Sequence record: OP991903.1
Length of the DNA stretch: 64,000 nucleotides
Direction: 5' to 3' (one strand)
Shown here: positions 45,641 through 55,395 of the stretch, one piece after another
Layout: every line of letters begins with the position of its first letter
Position numbering within the stretch: position 1 is the first letter of the stretch
Notes under the pieces: generated by a model
Told to the model about the DNA's origin: nothing
Database searches by the model: none
Seen by the model: only the letters and a program-made list of their open reading frames with translations
Position numbers and translations under genes: made by a program

Positions 45641-48118
45641 ATGGCTTACCGGATAACCGAATCCGAGGTAGTGAAAAACAAACGTCTGATGCTGAATGCT
45701 GTCAGCCGCATCCTTTACCGTCCCCAATCTCCGTATCAAGTGATTGTTGGAAAGAATGGTTCGGGTAAGAGTACACTCCTCAAAATGCTGACGTCATACA
45801 ACCCCGAGGCAGGGGACTTTCATAAACAAGGATTCATGCGTACAAAAATACACGCAAATGAATCCGACTACGAAATAGTCGCCGAAGCCGCAGGTAAAGG
45901 CGTGCGTTACTCGTTTAAAAAGAACGGACGGGAATTGAACGAAGGCGGTACCCGTACCGTCCAGCGGGATTTGTACGCCCTGGAATTTAACTACACCCAA
46001 GACGTTCACGAAATCCTCACCGGGGAAATTCGTTTGACACGCCTGGGGCCTGCGAAACGTCAGGAGTTGTTCTCCCGTATTGGCGGAACCGACGTTACGT
46101 TTGCGTACAAGGTCTACAACCGCCTGAAAGGGAAGTTGCGTGATGCGGTCGGTTACAAACGCGGGCTGGAAGAGTCTCTGGTGCAGCGCCAGACCCGTGA
46201 TATCTCCGAAGAGGAGCACGAAGTCCTCAAGCAACGCCTTAAAGGCTACCAGGACACGGTTACAGAGCTTCTACAAGAGTACCGACCTGATATTGAGGAC
46301 AAACATGCCGATGCCTTAGAAGCGATTGTAGCGCGTCTGGAGACCATCGGGGATAAAGCACTGGAGCACGGGAAGAAGTTAATCCCGGACGCACCTCTCG
46401 ATGCGACGAACCGTGACATGTACACGGACCGTCTGGGTGGACTGCAACTGGAGTACCAGGAGTACGCCACCAAAGAGAAAGCGTATCAGGAACAGTACGA
46501 TTCTCTTAACACCACCCTCGAGCAGTTGGTCGGTGACGGTTCCGTGGATAACCTGGAAGAAGAAGTCCGCCGGTTGGAGCAACAGTTGGTGAGCTTCCGT
46601 AATGTCACCTGGTTCCAACCGGGGATGGAGTACCCTAACCCGGAAGCGGCGTGGGATTCCATCAGTGCCATTCTCCCGTCTCTCCAGGATGCATTGTTCA
46701 ACCTGCCCGTTAATGCCGATAATCAGTACAACGCCAATGCGTTGCACGAAACGAACCAGTCGTTGTCTCGTGGTCGCTCCTTGCTCTCCAAGGTGGAGAA
46801 TGAGATTGCACAAGCCGAGGCACGACTGCACCACCTCAATGAAGAACATGACGCGAAATGCCCGAAGTGCGGTTACTCCTCGAATGAAGAGAAACGCGCC
46901 TCAGAGGCCCGTGTGCTCACCGAGAAGTTGGGAACCATGCGAACCCAACGGGAGACCTACGGAAAGCGTCTGGTAGAGCTGGAAGAGCAACAAGGGAAGA
47001 TTACCGAGTGGATTCGTGCGTATGAACGCGTGATGTCTTTCGAACAGTCGAACCCTAGCCTCAAGTTGTACTTCAGCACCCTCTTCCATGCCGCTGACAT
47101 CATGAAGAGTCCGATGCTTCTGGTGTCGATTGCCGGTAACCTGGCGGTGGACTTGGAGCACCATGCACAGTACGCCAAACTCTCCCGTGAACACGCGGAC
47201 AAAGAGAAACTCTTGTTGACCTTGCAGGAAAAGGACATCAAGGGGACTGGTCAGTTACGGGCACGGATGGAACAGCTCAGTAAACAGATTGAGGATGTGG
47301 TCTACGCTCGGGTGTACCTCCACGAATTGATTAAGCGCGACCAGGCACGTCTGGAACAAGCCGATACATACAGTCGCTACGTGGACAGTCTGACGGGTCA
47401 GGTAGAAGCATTAGGGGGAGATGTTCAGGTTGCACTGGAAGCCATGTTCAACCGTATCCGTAAAATTGCTATCGAGGATTTACAGGGGTGGATTGGGACG
47501 CTCACCAAAGAGCTGAACGATGTCCACACCAACCGCGAAGCCATTAAGGATGCGATGGAACAGATTCGTCTGGAGGAGGAGAAGATTGCAGGGTATAAGT
47601 TTGCGATTGAAGGACTGTCGCCAGCAAACGGTCTGATTGCCAAACACATGACCGGTGCCATCAATAACTTCATCAACGAGATGAACAGTATCATCCGCCA
47701 GATTTGGACCACACCGCTGGAAGTGATGCCGTGTGGGTTCGATGACAACGCGGAACTGACGTACGTGTTCCCAGTAGTGGTAAACGAAGATGACAGTCAC
47801 CCGGCAAAGGACGTGAACCAATGTTCCGATGGCCAGGTGGAAATCATCGACTTCGCTTTCAAGGTAGTGGCGTTGTTACAGCTGGGTCAGGAGGGAGCAC
47901 CATTACTCCTGGATGAAACTGACCGTCCTCTGGAAGTGGCCCACAAGACCAGGCTCATGAACTACGTTAAGGAACTCATCGAGAATAACGTCTTCTCGCA
48001 AGTGTTCCTGATTAGTCACCATGAAGCAGCATGGGGTGCGTTACCTTTCCACGACGTATTGGAAGTGGGTCTGCACAAATCCCATCCGGATTACAACAAA
48101 GTAGCCCAACTCGCTTGA
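45641..48118 (+). CDS. sbcC: SbcC/Rad50-like ATPase (phiKZ gp165-like)
   Basis: GKNGSGKST Walker A, coiled coil, CPKC zinc hook, CSDGQ signature, LLLDE Walker B. Confidence 0.92.
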   Translation: MAYRITESEVVKNKRLMLNAVSRILYRPQSPYQVIVGKNGSGKSTLLKMLTSYNPEAGDFHKQGFMRTKIHANESDYEIVAEAAGKGVRYSFKKNGRELNEGGTRTVQRDLYALEFNYTQDVHEILTGEIRLTRLGPAKRQELFSRIGGTDVTFAYKVYNRLKGKLRDAVGYKRGLEESLVQRQTRDISEEEHEVLKQRLKGYQDTVTELLQEYRPDIEDKHADALEAIVARLETIGDKALEHGKKLIPDAPLDATNRDMYTDRLGGLQLEYQEYATKEKAYQEQYDSLNTTLEQLVGDGSVDNLEEEVRRLEQQLVSFRNVTWFQPGMEYPNPEAAWDSISAILPSLQDALFNLPVNADNQYNANALHETNQSLSRGRSLLSKVENEIAQAEARLHHLNEEHDAKCPKCGYSSNEEKRASEARVLTEKLGTMRTQRETYGKRLVELEEQQGKITEWIRAYERVMSFEQSNPSLKLYFSTLFHAADIMKSPMLLVSIAGNLAVDLEHHAQYAKLSREHADKEKLLLTLQEKDIKGTGQLRARMEQLSKQIEDVVYARVYLHELIKRDQARLEQADTYSRYVDSLTGQVEALGGDVQVALEAMFNRIRKIAIEDLQGWIGTLTKELNDVHTNREAIKDAMEQIRLEEEKIAGYKFAIEGLSPANGLIAKHMTGAINNFINEMNSIIRQIWTTPLEVMPCGFDDNAELTYVFPVVVNEDDSHPAKDVNQCSDGQVEIIDFAFKVVALLQLGQEGAPLLLDETDRPLEVAHKTRLMNYVKELIENNVFSQVFLISHHEAAWGALPFHDVLEVGLHKSHPDYNKVAQLA

Positions 48119-48122
48119 GGTC

Positions 48123-48130
48123 TATATTAC
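48123..48130 (+). promoter_or_regulatory. early promoter TATATTAC
   Basis: ggtcTATATTAC. Confidence 0.75.
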
Positions 48131-48163
48131 TCAAGCGAGAACCTTAACTAAAAGGATTGTGTC

Positions 48164-48466
48164 ATGATAGCTAACCATCTGGTTGTCCCGTTCATCCTCC
48201 GCGATTTTGAAAGTGACGTGGAGTACCTGAAACTTCAGGAAAAGAAAACAAAGATGATTGCAGCGGGAAAACACCGCACGACGGAAACGTACGGGGGTAA
48301 ACTCTATTACGTCTATACCCCTGAATTCATCGAACTGAATAACGCCCTGCTGACCTTGGAGGGGTTACGTAACTGGGGCGGCGGTGACCAGCACTACCGT
48401 CTCCTGACAGAAAAAGAGCGGGCGAATACAGTGGTTCTTAACCTAGGTGGCAAGGAGAATGCATAA
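48164..48466 (+). CDS. early hypothetical protein
   Basis: AAGGA SD, directly downstream of an early promoter. Confidence 0.7.
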   Translation: MIANHLVVPFILRDFESDVEYLKLQEKKTKMIAAGKHRTTETYGGKLYYVYTPEFIELNNALLTLEGLRNWGGGDQHYRLLTEKERANTVVLNLGGKENA

Positions 48467-49059
48467 TGTCAGATAACTTCGAAATGCCCAGTGATGATGT
48501 CTTACGTGAGGCGCAGCGTCGGGAAAACAACTTCTGGAAACATGCCCTCCCTTACTGGATGGAAAATTGCTTAGGCGTACCCTCCTCTCCGTTACTCGAC
48601 GGGCGGGTACGGGAGATTAAGCACGTCAGTACATTGGATGGCTTCCTCCGTAACTACCCTGGGTTTGATGAGCCGCCGTATCTCCTCAAGATTGCGCCAG
48701 AGGTAAAGTATCTGGTGAAAGACCCGAAAGAACCGTACCGTCGTTCCCCGAGTCTGGAAGCAATGAAAGGATACAAAGCTGACCCATCGAAATATCCCAA
48801 CGCCATGCCGTGTATCATTCGTCAACCAATACGATTGAACAAGGTCACCTGGCATCTCTTCCCGTTTCGAAACACCACACCGCAAACTACCTTCACCCAC
48901 CCAGAACGCCATCATCAGTACATGCGTAGACTGGAACAGGGTGCGGTAACGTACTACACCGTAGGGGGACCTAACTCAGCATTGCGGGATGTGCTGCTAA
49001 AGAACATGATAACGGGGCTGGAATACAGCGCCCAGAGAGCGTGGTCTAAGCACATTTAA
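48466..49059 (+). CDS. early hypothetical protein
   Basis: TAATG overlap with the upstream gene. Confidence 0.7.
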   Translation: MSDNFEMPSDDVLREAQRRENNFWKHALPYWMENCLGVPSSPLLDGRVREIKHVSTLDGFLRNYPGFDEPPYLLKIAPEVKYLVKDPKEPYRRSPSLEAMKGYKADPSKYPNAMPCIIRQPIRLNKVTWHLFPFRNTTPQTTFTHPERHHQYMRRLEQGAVTYYTVGGPNSALRDVLLKNMITGLEYSAQRAWSKHI

Positions 49060-49063
49060 AGTC

Positions 49064-49071
49064 TATATAAC
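49064..49071 (+). promoter_or_regulatory. early promoter variant TATATAAC
   Basis: gtcTATATAAC, one mismatch to consensus with the same gtc prefix. Confidence 0.6.
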
Positions 49072-49126
49072 TGGGGTGACCAAACCAACTATATCGCAAA
49101 TACCAACACCTGCTTAAGGAAAGAAG

Positions 49127-49546
49127 ATGAACATTGACCAAGTTTTAGAAACTCTGGACCAATTCGTTGCACAACTTCCACGGTCGTTAGGTAACTTTGC
49201 GCTCACCTCAGGAGCAGCGTTAGTCGTCCACGGGGTGCGCGACAATTGTACCGACATCGACATCCAAGTGGACGAGGAAGTCTGGCACTCACTCGAGTGG
49301 CGCTTTGGTGCCAACATGCAGTACGTGCACGGCTTCCCCCAATTCTTATCTTTCACGGTAGGACCAGAAGGGGACGACTACCGTGTGAAGATTACCAACA
49401 CCCGCTTCCATACCGAAATGGTTGACGGCGTCCATGTGCAGACACTGGACAGTATTGCTCGTGCGAAAGAGGTTTGGGGGCGTCGTAAAGATGCCTTCGA
49501 CCTCGAACTTATTGCCGCACACCTGGAAGAAACTAAGGAGAATTAA
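49127..49546 (+). CDS. minimal pol-beta-superfamily nucleotidyltransferase
   Basis: SGAALVVHGVRDNCTDIDI (G.AL..HG..R..T.DxD) and C-terminal K...GRRKD..D. Confidence 0.75.
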   Translation: MNIDQVLETLDQFVAQLPRSLGNFALTSGAALVVHGVRDNCTDIDIQVDEEVWHSLEWRFGANMQYVHGFPQFLSFTVGPEGDDYRVKITNTRFHTEMVDGVHVQTLDSIARAKEVWGRRKDAFDLELIAAHLEETKEN

Positions 49547-49549
49547 TCA

Positions 49550-49903
49550 GTGAACCTGAAAGAAATACAATTCGCGTACCGTAACCTGCAAATGGCATTC
49601 AAGACCAACCTCGGACAGTACGCTGTTGTGCTGCCCGCGGCACATGTCGTGCACGGGGACGGTAACGCTACACTTGCCATGAATATCCAGGTTGACAAAC
49701 GGGTGTTCAGCAAGCTAGTCCAGGAGTTTCGTGGCGGGAATCAAGTGGACCGTGAAGACGGTCCTCACCTGCGTATCGAAACCCGGATGTTTGGGTTGAT
49801 TGACATTGTAGCCGCAAGCTACCCCACCATGATGAAGAATGAGGTTCTGGTGATGACGCCGGAAGCGATTTCTTTAAAGATTGACAGGGCAGGAAACAAA
49901 TGA
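49550..49903 (+). CDS. degenerate (DxD-less) paralog of the upstream nucleotidyltransferase
   Basis: 18/60 ungapped identities with the 49127 protein; D43->A, D45->N. Confidence 0.7.
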   Translation: MNLKEIQFAYRNLQMAFKTNLGQYAVVLPAAHVVHGDGNATLAMNIQVDKRVFSKLVQEFRGGNQVDREDGPHLRIETRMFGLIDIVAASYPTMMKNEVLVMTPEAISLKIDRAGNK

Positions 49904-50571
49904 CAGAAAAAGTGATGATTGACGAAGAACTCGAAGAAGAAACGTACGAGGGTATTGACGTAAGCGAACTCCGCTTACAAATCTACCCATTGGACGCGCT
50001 TCGGGAACTGGGTGCTTTGACGGGCCCGCAATTGATGGAACAGGTCCACTTCTGGTTTAGCAATTACGACCAGATGTGGTACAAGCACGACAGCGAGTTT
50101 ATTTTCGACCACCTCGTCAGAGATATGTTGAAGCTGGGGGTGAACTACCAAGACATCTTCGTTGCTGATACGTCAGACTTCTTCACCATAATTGCCAAAG
50201 ATTCTGGTGAGCAAGGCGGTGCCACCCTGAACAAGGTGTGGAAAGAACGTAAAGGCGATGCGGCTGTCAGCGTGGTTCACCATGCCAGAGCACAGGCGTA
50301 CGGCTGGCTCAACCAACGTCAGAAATTACCGGGGCGTCAAACCCCCGGTAACCTGGTCCACAATTACTTCACAGTGCAACACAACTACATCAAGTTGCTC
50401 CACTGGACGGCGCTGGTACTCTGGTCATTGAAACAACATTGGCCGATGGACGAACGTGTCATCCGTATTGACGCGTTAATGGCGAAACTCAACACTCTCG
50501 ATTTCTCGGTCCGTAACGTGAATCGTCAGTATGAACTGAGTGAAATCACTCAACAACTTCAATCACTGTAA
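49900..50571 (+). CDS. early hypothetical protein
   Basis: ATGA overlap with the upstream gene. Confidence 0.7.
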   Translation: MTEKVMIDEELEEETYEGIDVSELRLQIYPLDALRELGALTGPQLMEQVHFWFSNYDQMWYKHDSEFIFDHLVRDMLKLGVNYQDIFVADTSDFFTIIAKDSGEQGGATLNKVWKERKGDAAVSVVHHARAQAYGWLNQRQKLPGRQTPGNLVHNYFTVQHNYIKLLHWTALVLWSLKQHWPMDERVIRIDALMAKLNTLDFSVRNVNRQYELSEITQQLQSL

Positions 50572-50580
50572 GGATAGGTA

Positions 50581-51216
50581 ATGGATAAGCGCAAGATTTG
50601 TTTAGACCTGGCCGATGTGCTGGAAAAAGAACTGTACACGCAGGCTGAGTGGGAAGAGCGTCTGTCTACCGTATGGTTGCGCCTGAAAGACGATGCGACA
50701 CTGGAACTGTGCGAACGTCTGGTGGAACACGTCATTGAAACCAACGCACCGAAGATTGACATCAGCGCTCTACCGCAAACGGTATCCGGTTTCCGTGAAA
50801 TCACCCGTGTGGTGAAAGACTGGTCTCTGGACTTGCAGCACAAGTACGACTCTCGCGAACTGGATGCTACTATTGGTCTGGTGCAGAGCATGGTCCAGGA
50901 TATGGTAAACAGCGCGCTGAGCAGCGAAGCCAGTCACGCTACCGAAGTGTTCTACGGTACCCGCGTACAGAAAGCCTTCAACCAGTTCTGCCTTGACCAC
51001 AAAGTCTACAGTATCTACCCAGAGCTGCGCCAGACCGTGGTGAATGGCTACTACCCGCATAACTTCGCTGCGGGCAACCGCTGGCGCTTCGGCGGTCCAT
51101 TCGGCTACGGGGCGGTTGATGTTGATTCTCGCGTGTACATCAACTCCCGTCTGCACCAAACGCTGACGGCACTGCGCGATGCTGACAACCCAATGTTCAG
51201 CGAAGAAGCAGAATAA
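50581..51216 (+). CDS. early hypothetical protein
   Basis: AAGGA SD, highly expressed codon bias. Confidence 0.75.
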   Translation: MDKRKICLDLADVLEKELYTQAEWEERLSTVWLRLKDDATLELCERLVEHVIETNAPKIDISALPQTVSGFREITRVVKDWSLDLQHKYDSRELDATIGLVQSMVQDMVNSALSSEASHATEVFYGTRVQKAFNQFCLDHKVYSIYPELRQTVVNGYYPHNFAAGNRWRFGGPFGYGAVDVDSRVYINSRLHQTLTALRDADNPMFSEEAE

Positions 51217-51227
51217 AAAAGCAGAAT

Positions 51228-51260
51228 AAGAGAGGGCTTTCGCCCTCTCTTTTTTTTTTG
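51228..51260. terminator. intrinsic terminator closing the early island
   Basis: aagagagggc-tttc-gccctctctt plus T tract. Confidence 0.9.
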
Positions 51261-51273
51261 TTGTTTTCCTGAG

Positions 51274-51891
51274 TTAAGGATTTTGCTGCTTCTGCTCTAA
51301 CAAGGACTGAAGTTCCGCCACCTTATTCTGCAAGACAGTCGTACGTGCCTGTTCTTGCAACAGCAGGGCATAAGTTGTGGAACGGTTCTTGATAGCCGCA
51401 GTGCGGGCCGCTTCCATAGCGTCGTATTCTTCCCGTGTCATGACCGTACTGCTATCCAGGACGTCAACGAACACTTCCGGGACGACTCCGATAGTATCCG
51501 AGATTACCTCTCCCACTTTCGAGCGTAAAAAGTCCATATTGACATCCATTCGCATGGGTCCAATACTCGCGCTCAATACAAAGTGGCCGACAGCAGGCAC
51601 TGATGAGTCAGGATAAGAAACGACGTAGGTATCCGGGACATTAATGATGCTCCCGTCGTCCCCTTGCAAGACACAAAGGATTGCTCCGGCGGCATTGTCA
51701 GCTTCGTAGTCGCTTTGCTGCAACCCCTTCGGCTGGTAATACGTGACGAACACGTCATTGCCGTTTGCAATCAATTCCCTAAAGGTACGCAGGGCCGTAC
51801 AGGTGTACAAGACCTTGTTGTCCGTTGTCCATGGCATCCGCAGTGTGTACAACCCGCGCATGTTTGGTAACGGCGTGATTCTCGTTGCCAT
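51274..51891 (-). CDS. probable virion structural protein
   Basis: 205 aa, co-oriented downstream of the gp157-like gene. Confidence 0.55.
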   Translation of the reverse strand: MATRITPLPNMRGLYTLRMPWTTDNKVLYTCTALRTFRELIANGNDVFVTYYQPKGLQQSDYEADNAAGAILCVLQGDDGSIINVPDTYVVSYPDSSVPAVGHFVLSASIGPMRMDVNMDFLRSKVGEVISDTIGVVPEVFVDVLDSSTVMTREEYDAMEAARTAAIKNRSTTYALLLQEQARTTVLQNKVAELQSLLEQKQQNP

Positions 51892-51901
51892 CAGAAACCC
51901 C

Positions 51902-53203
51902 TTAGCTCAGAGCAAAGCCTTGCTTAATTGGCACCAGGTACTGCACTGCTCCGACGGTTGTTGTGAGGTAATATACCCCGTCACGTTGCGTACGAGTCAT
52001 GTCAGTCGGTATGATGCTCTGCGGCGTTGCCACCTCGGCGGCCATCAGAAGGGTAATTAACTTCGTGATGAACGTCTGGGTGTCGGGCGGCAGTTTCGCA
52101 AATTCAGCGGAGACCGGCGGTACGTTCGCGTACTTCGGCCACTCGCGGTCGAAGCGGGTATCGGCACCGTAGTTCAACTGGTTCCCGCAACTGAGGAACT
52201 GCAACGACTGATATGAGCAACTTGTAACGCAGAGGTTTGCCGTAATGTGCGCAGGGAGGTAGCCTTTAAAGTACTTCAGGGCATACGTCATCTGGTCCGA
52301 ATACGGGATGGTCGGACTGTAAACCCCAGTCTCCAATGCCTGGTTCGGTAAACTATAGCGGTCCCAGATGGGCACGATGTAGAATTCCGTTGGCGTAAAG
52401 ATTTCCGGTAACACCTTAGCCCATTCGGATTCGGTGTGTTCGGAATTTGCCAGGATGTACGCGCGAATCGCCTCTTTGATGTAATCAATGTTGACGCCAG
52501 CTTGCCCGTTGATAATCGCGGTGAATGGCGCAGGCCAGGTCACGTCCTCGTTATCAATGTCGTGCCAGTTGAAGTTCTTCGTCCAGATGTATGACTGTGG
52601 TTTCTTACCAATCGCAGCCTGCACTTTGGCGTTGTGGCTTTCACTGGTGATGGCCTTGAGCATGGCCAGGACAGCATCACGTTGATTGAAGAATTGGTCT
52701 ACGGGTTCCAGAGCAGGGACAATTCGGAACTCTTTGCCCGGATACTCAGCAAGGAAGTTATCGTTCGCAAACCAGACGAACAGGTCATTCGTTTCGCCGG
52801 AGTTGTTAACCTTAATCTCCATGCTTGCCGGGTAGTAGTAATGACTCTGGAGTAAGATGGGTCCCACAGCAACGAATTCAACGCTGTCGCCGAACTCGGC
52901 GGTCAGTGCCTGCTTCAGGGCAACCGAGTCTTGACCAACTGCGCCCTGAATGGACCGGTCATACAGCCACTGCGAGATGTGAAGAATCGTATCGTAATAC
53001 GTCAACCCGACTTCGACAAGAACATCGTCGCGGCGCGAGTCGATGCTGTGAAATACGACGTTGGAATAGGTGCCCGTGCGATAAGTACCGACTTCGGTAC
53101 TGTACTGGAAACCTATATCTTCCAGCTCACCAATGGTGGCAGTCTTACCGGGTCCGTTGTTTTTGAAGTTGGGGATACCCACAAAACCGTATAAGCTGTA
53201 CAT
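51902..53203 (-). CDS. virion structural protein (phiKZ gp157-like)
   Basis: N-terminal LYGF...NN.PG....IGEL and IF..TEF.IVP.W motifs; synteny with RNase H. Confidence 0.6.
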   Translation of the reverse strand: MYSLYGFVGIPNFKNNGPGKTATIGELEDIGFQYSTEVGTYRTGTYSNVVFHSIDSRRDDVLVEVGLTYYDTILHISQWLYDRSIQGAVGQDSVALKQALTAEFGDSVEFVAVGPILLQSHYYYPASMEIKVNNSGETNDLFVWFANDNFLAEYPGKEFRIVPALEPVDQFFNQRDAVLAMLKAITSESHNAKVQAAIGKKPQSYIWTKNFNWHDIDNEDVTWPAPFTAIINGQAGVNIDYIKEAIRAYILANSEHTESEWAKVLPEIFTPTEFYIVPIWDRYSLPNQALETGVYSPTIPYSDQMTYALKYFKGYLPAHITANLCVTSCSYQSLQFLSCGNQLNYGADTRFDREWPKYANVPPVSAEFAKLPPDTQTFITKLITLLMAAEVATPQSIIPTDMTRTQRDGVYYLTTTVGAVQYLVPIKQGFALS

Positions 53204-53262
53204 GTTGTATCGTCTCCGAAAAAACTATTATAAAGAAAGGGTTGTTTAACGCAGGAGGTCAC

Positions 53263-53769
53263 GTGTTTTCACTCTTGGTTCGTTTAATCCCATACCTTTA
53301 CTACTTCATAAAGGAGAGTCACCGCCGGGATATGGAAGAAGAGTTACCACCCAGCAAGCGAACAAAGTATCGGACGTACGTCGCCATTCTGGTTGCTGCG
53401 TTAATACTGGGTTCGATTTTTGGGTACTTCCGTTACCGGAAAGACGCTGACGCGTTGGGGCTCTGCCTGGTCGAGGTACAAAAGGTAAAAGATAGCGTAG
53501 TGGGGAAACCGGCGGACTATATTTTACGCACACAGTACGACCATGACATGGATGAGCTTAGTCATAAGAATACCGAGCTGGGTATCTACAACGAAATGTT
53601 GCTGGAGAAGGTTAGGGAGGCTTGTGCGAAGGACCCTGAGAAGTGTGGGGTACTGACCAAAAAGCTTATCGAGAAGGTTGAACGGTTGCATCCGCAGGAA
53701 GAACCAGAGCCCACCGGACCGGGGCTCAGTGAGCAATCTTCCGCTATTGTTAATGATGTTAAAAAATAA
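53263..53769 (+). CDS. single-pass membrane protein (holin candidate)
   Basis: AGGAGG SD + GTG; basic KRTKYRT then TM YVAILVAALILGSIFGYF; Cys-containing C-domain. Confidence 0.6.
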   Translation: MFSLLVRLIPYLYYFIKESHRRDMEEELPPSKRTKYRTYVAILVAALILGSIFGYFRYRKDADALGLCLVEVQKVKDSVVGKPADYILRTQYDHDMDELSHKNTELGIYNEMLLEKVREACAKDPEKCGVLTKKLIEKVERLHPQEEPEPTGPGLSEQSSAIVNDVKK

Positions 53770-53814
53770 TCCACGGTTACTTCCTTTGACCGAAGCATTT
53801 ATTTCGAGGTAATC

Positions 53815-55395
53815 ATGGAATTGTCGCAGGACTTTACGGCGCAACCAGGCGAATTTGGTGCCGTACTGTACGTTGATGGAGGCAGTCACTCAGGTTACCG
53901 TGTTGGTAGCTGGGGTCTCCACGGGTACACGTATAGCCTGGTAGAAGAAAAGAAAAACAAATTCACGAAGAAGAAGAACGCGCCGAGTCACCTGGGTTAC
54001 GTGGATGGGCGGCTGGGACAGTACACGAAGGAGTTCAAGGACACCTCACGTGAACAGACCGAGCCTTTTTACAACGGATTGTTGATGCCCTATCCGAGCC
54101 CGCCTGCGGCGAGACCGGTAGAACCAGATTTCTTCTTTGACTGGTATGGCGGTCGCGAGGAATGGACCGTCAGTCAGGGTGAAATAAACGCCATGATTGA
54201 GGCGTTGACCTTTGTAAACAAGTATCATCCAAAACAGGTGGTAATCCTGGGGGATTCACAATACGTCTTAGACGGAATCACTCGGGATTACCCCAATTGG
54301 CTGAAGCGTGGGGGATTAACTTCGACCGGGAAACCGGTGGCACACTGGGCATGGTGGCAGACGTTAGCAACCTTGTACCTGGATGCCATCAAGAAGGGCA
54401 TCTCCATTTACTTCGCCAAAGCGGAAGCACACTCCGGCGACCCGGGTAACGACCGAGCCGACTGGAACTCCACGAAGGGACAAGTTCGTGGCATCCGCGG
54501 AGTTTTCACCGACGAATACCGTTGCTCTTCACCGAAAGGATACGTTCAGAAAACGAAGTTGAGCAACCGTATCATGGAGCACAACTGGTGGTATGGGCTT
54601 TCTGACCGCAAAGCCACAGACTACGCATTTAAGGACAAGTCGGTATATTTCTTCGGCAACCACGGTAAAGCGGATGTCGAAGACGATTTGGTGGGCAAGG
54701 ATACCGCCACAGCGAAAGTCGCCGTATGGGTCAGCAGCGAGCCAGAACCGGTACTGGATTTGCTCGCGAGCAGCCTCGAGAAGCGATACTATCGCGGGGT
54801 CAGTGAAGTGACGCTCGGTAATCTGAGCAACATTCTTAACACCGAACGCTATGCGGCCATTTTGGAGGAGAAGGAAGATATCCTGTTCCCGAAATGGAAT
54901 GAGGAGGTTGTTGTAACTCCTGACCGTTGCCCCGTGTTGAAGACCCTCCGTCCGGCTTACCATGGTTTCCACCTAGTGGGACACTTTGAGAGCCTGGTGC
55001 GGATTATCGAGCGTTATCTCGCAGGTGACGACGCCCTGGTAGTGACCGATTTAACTGATAAGGTTTATCAGGTAATCGAAGAGAAGAACAAGCAGGTTTA
55101 CAAGGCTCGTAAAGAGATTGACCCGCCGCATAACACGGCGACGTTTACCTTGGATTTCTGCGTGGACCTGAAGACCGTTGAACAACGTCCGGTGAAGTTT
55201 AAGCTGGGTGCTGACATTCCAACGCGTAACACTTTGGTGGCCGTCGCAGGGCCGAATACCACAGTGAAGGCGATTACTTGGCGTGAAACGGCAACTTCGT
55301 TCCGGTATGCCACGATTGTGGAAACCGATGGGGACCTTCTCCTCAGTGCGTCGTTTAAGTCCAACCTAATAGTGTTAATTGGAAAGCGTGTATGA
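53815..55395 (+). CDS. rnhA: RNase H (phiKZ gp155-like) with long C-terminal domain
   Basis: LYVDGGS, GEINA, GDSQYV, AHSGDPGNDRAD catalytic motifs. Confidence 0.88.
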   Translation: MELSQDFTAQPGEFGAVLYVDGGSHSGYRVGSWGLHGYTYSLVEEKKNKFTKKKNAPSHLGYVDGRLGQYTKEFKDTSREQTEPFYNGLLMPYPSPPAARPVEPDFFFDWYGGREEWTVSQGEINAMIEALTFVNKYHPKQVVILGDSQYVLDGITRDYPNWLKRGGLTSTGKPVAHWAWWQTLATLYLDAIKKGISIYFAKAEAHSGDPGNDRADWNSTKGQVRGIRGVFTDEYRCSSPKGYVQKTKLSNRIMEHNWWYGLSDRKATDYAFKDKSVYFFGNHGKADVEDDLVGKDTATAKVAVWVSSEPEPVLDLLASSLEKRYYRGVSEVTLGNLSNILNTERYAAILEEKEDILFPKWNEEVVVTPDRCPVLKTLRPAYHGFHLVGHFESLVRIIERYLAGDDALVVTDLTDKVYQVIEEKNKQVYKARKEIDPPHNTATFTLDFCVDLKTVEQRPVKFKLGADIPTRNTLVAVAGPNTTVKAITWRETATSFRYATIVETDGDLLLSASFKSNLIVLIGKRV

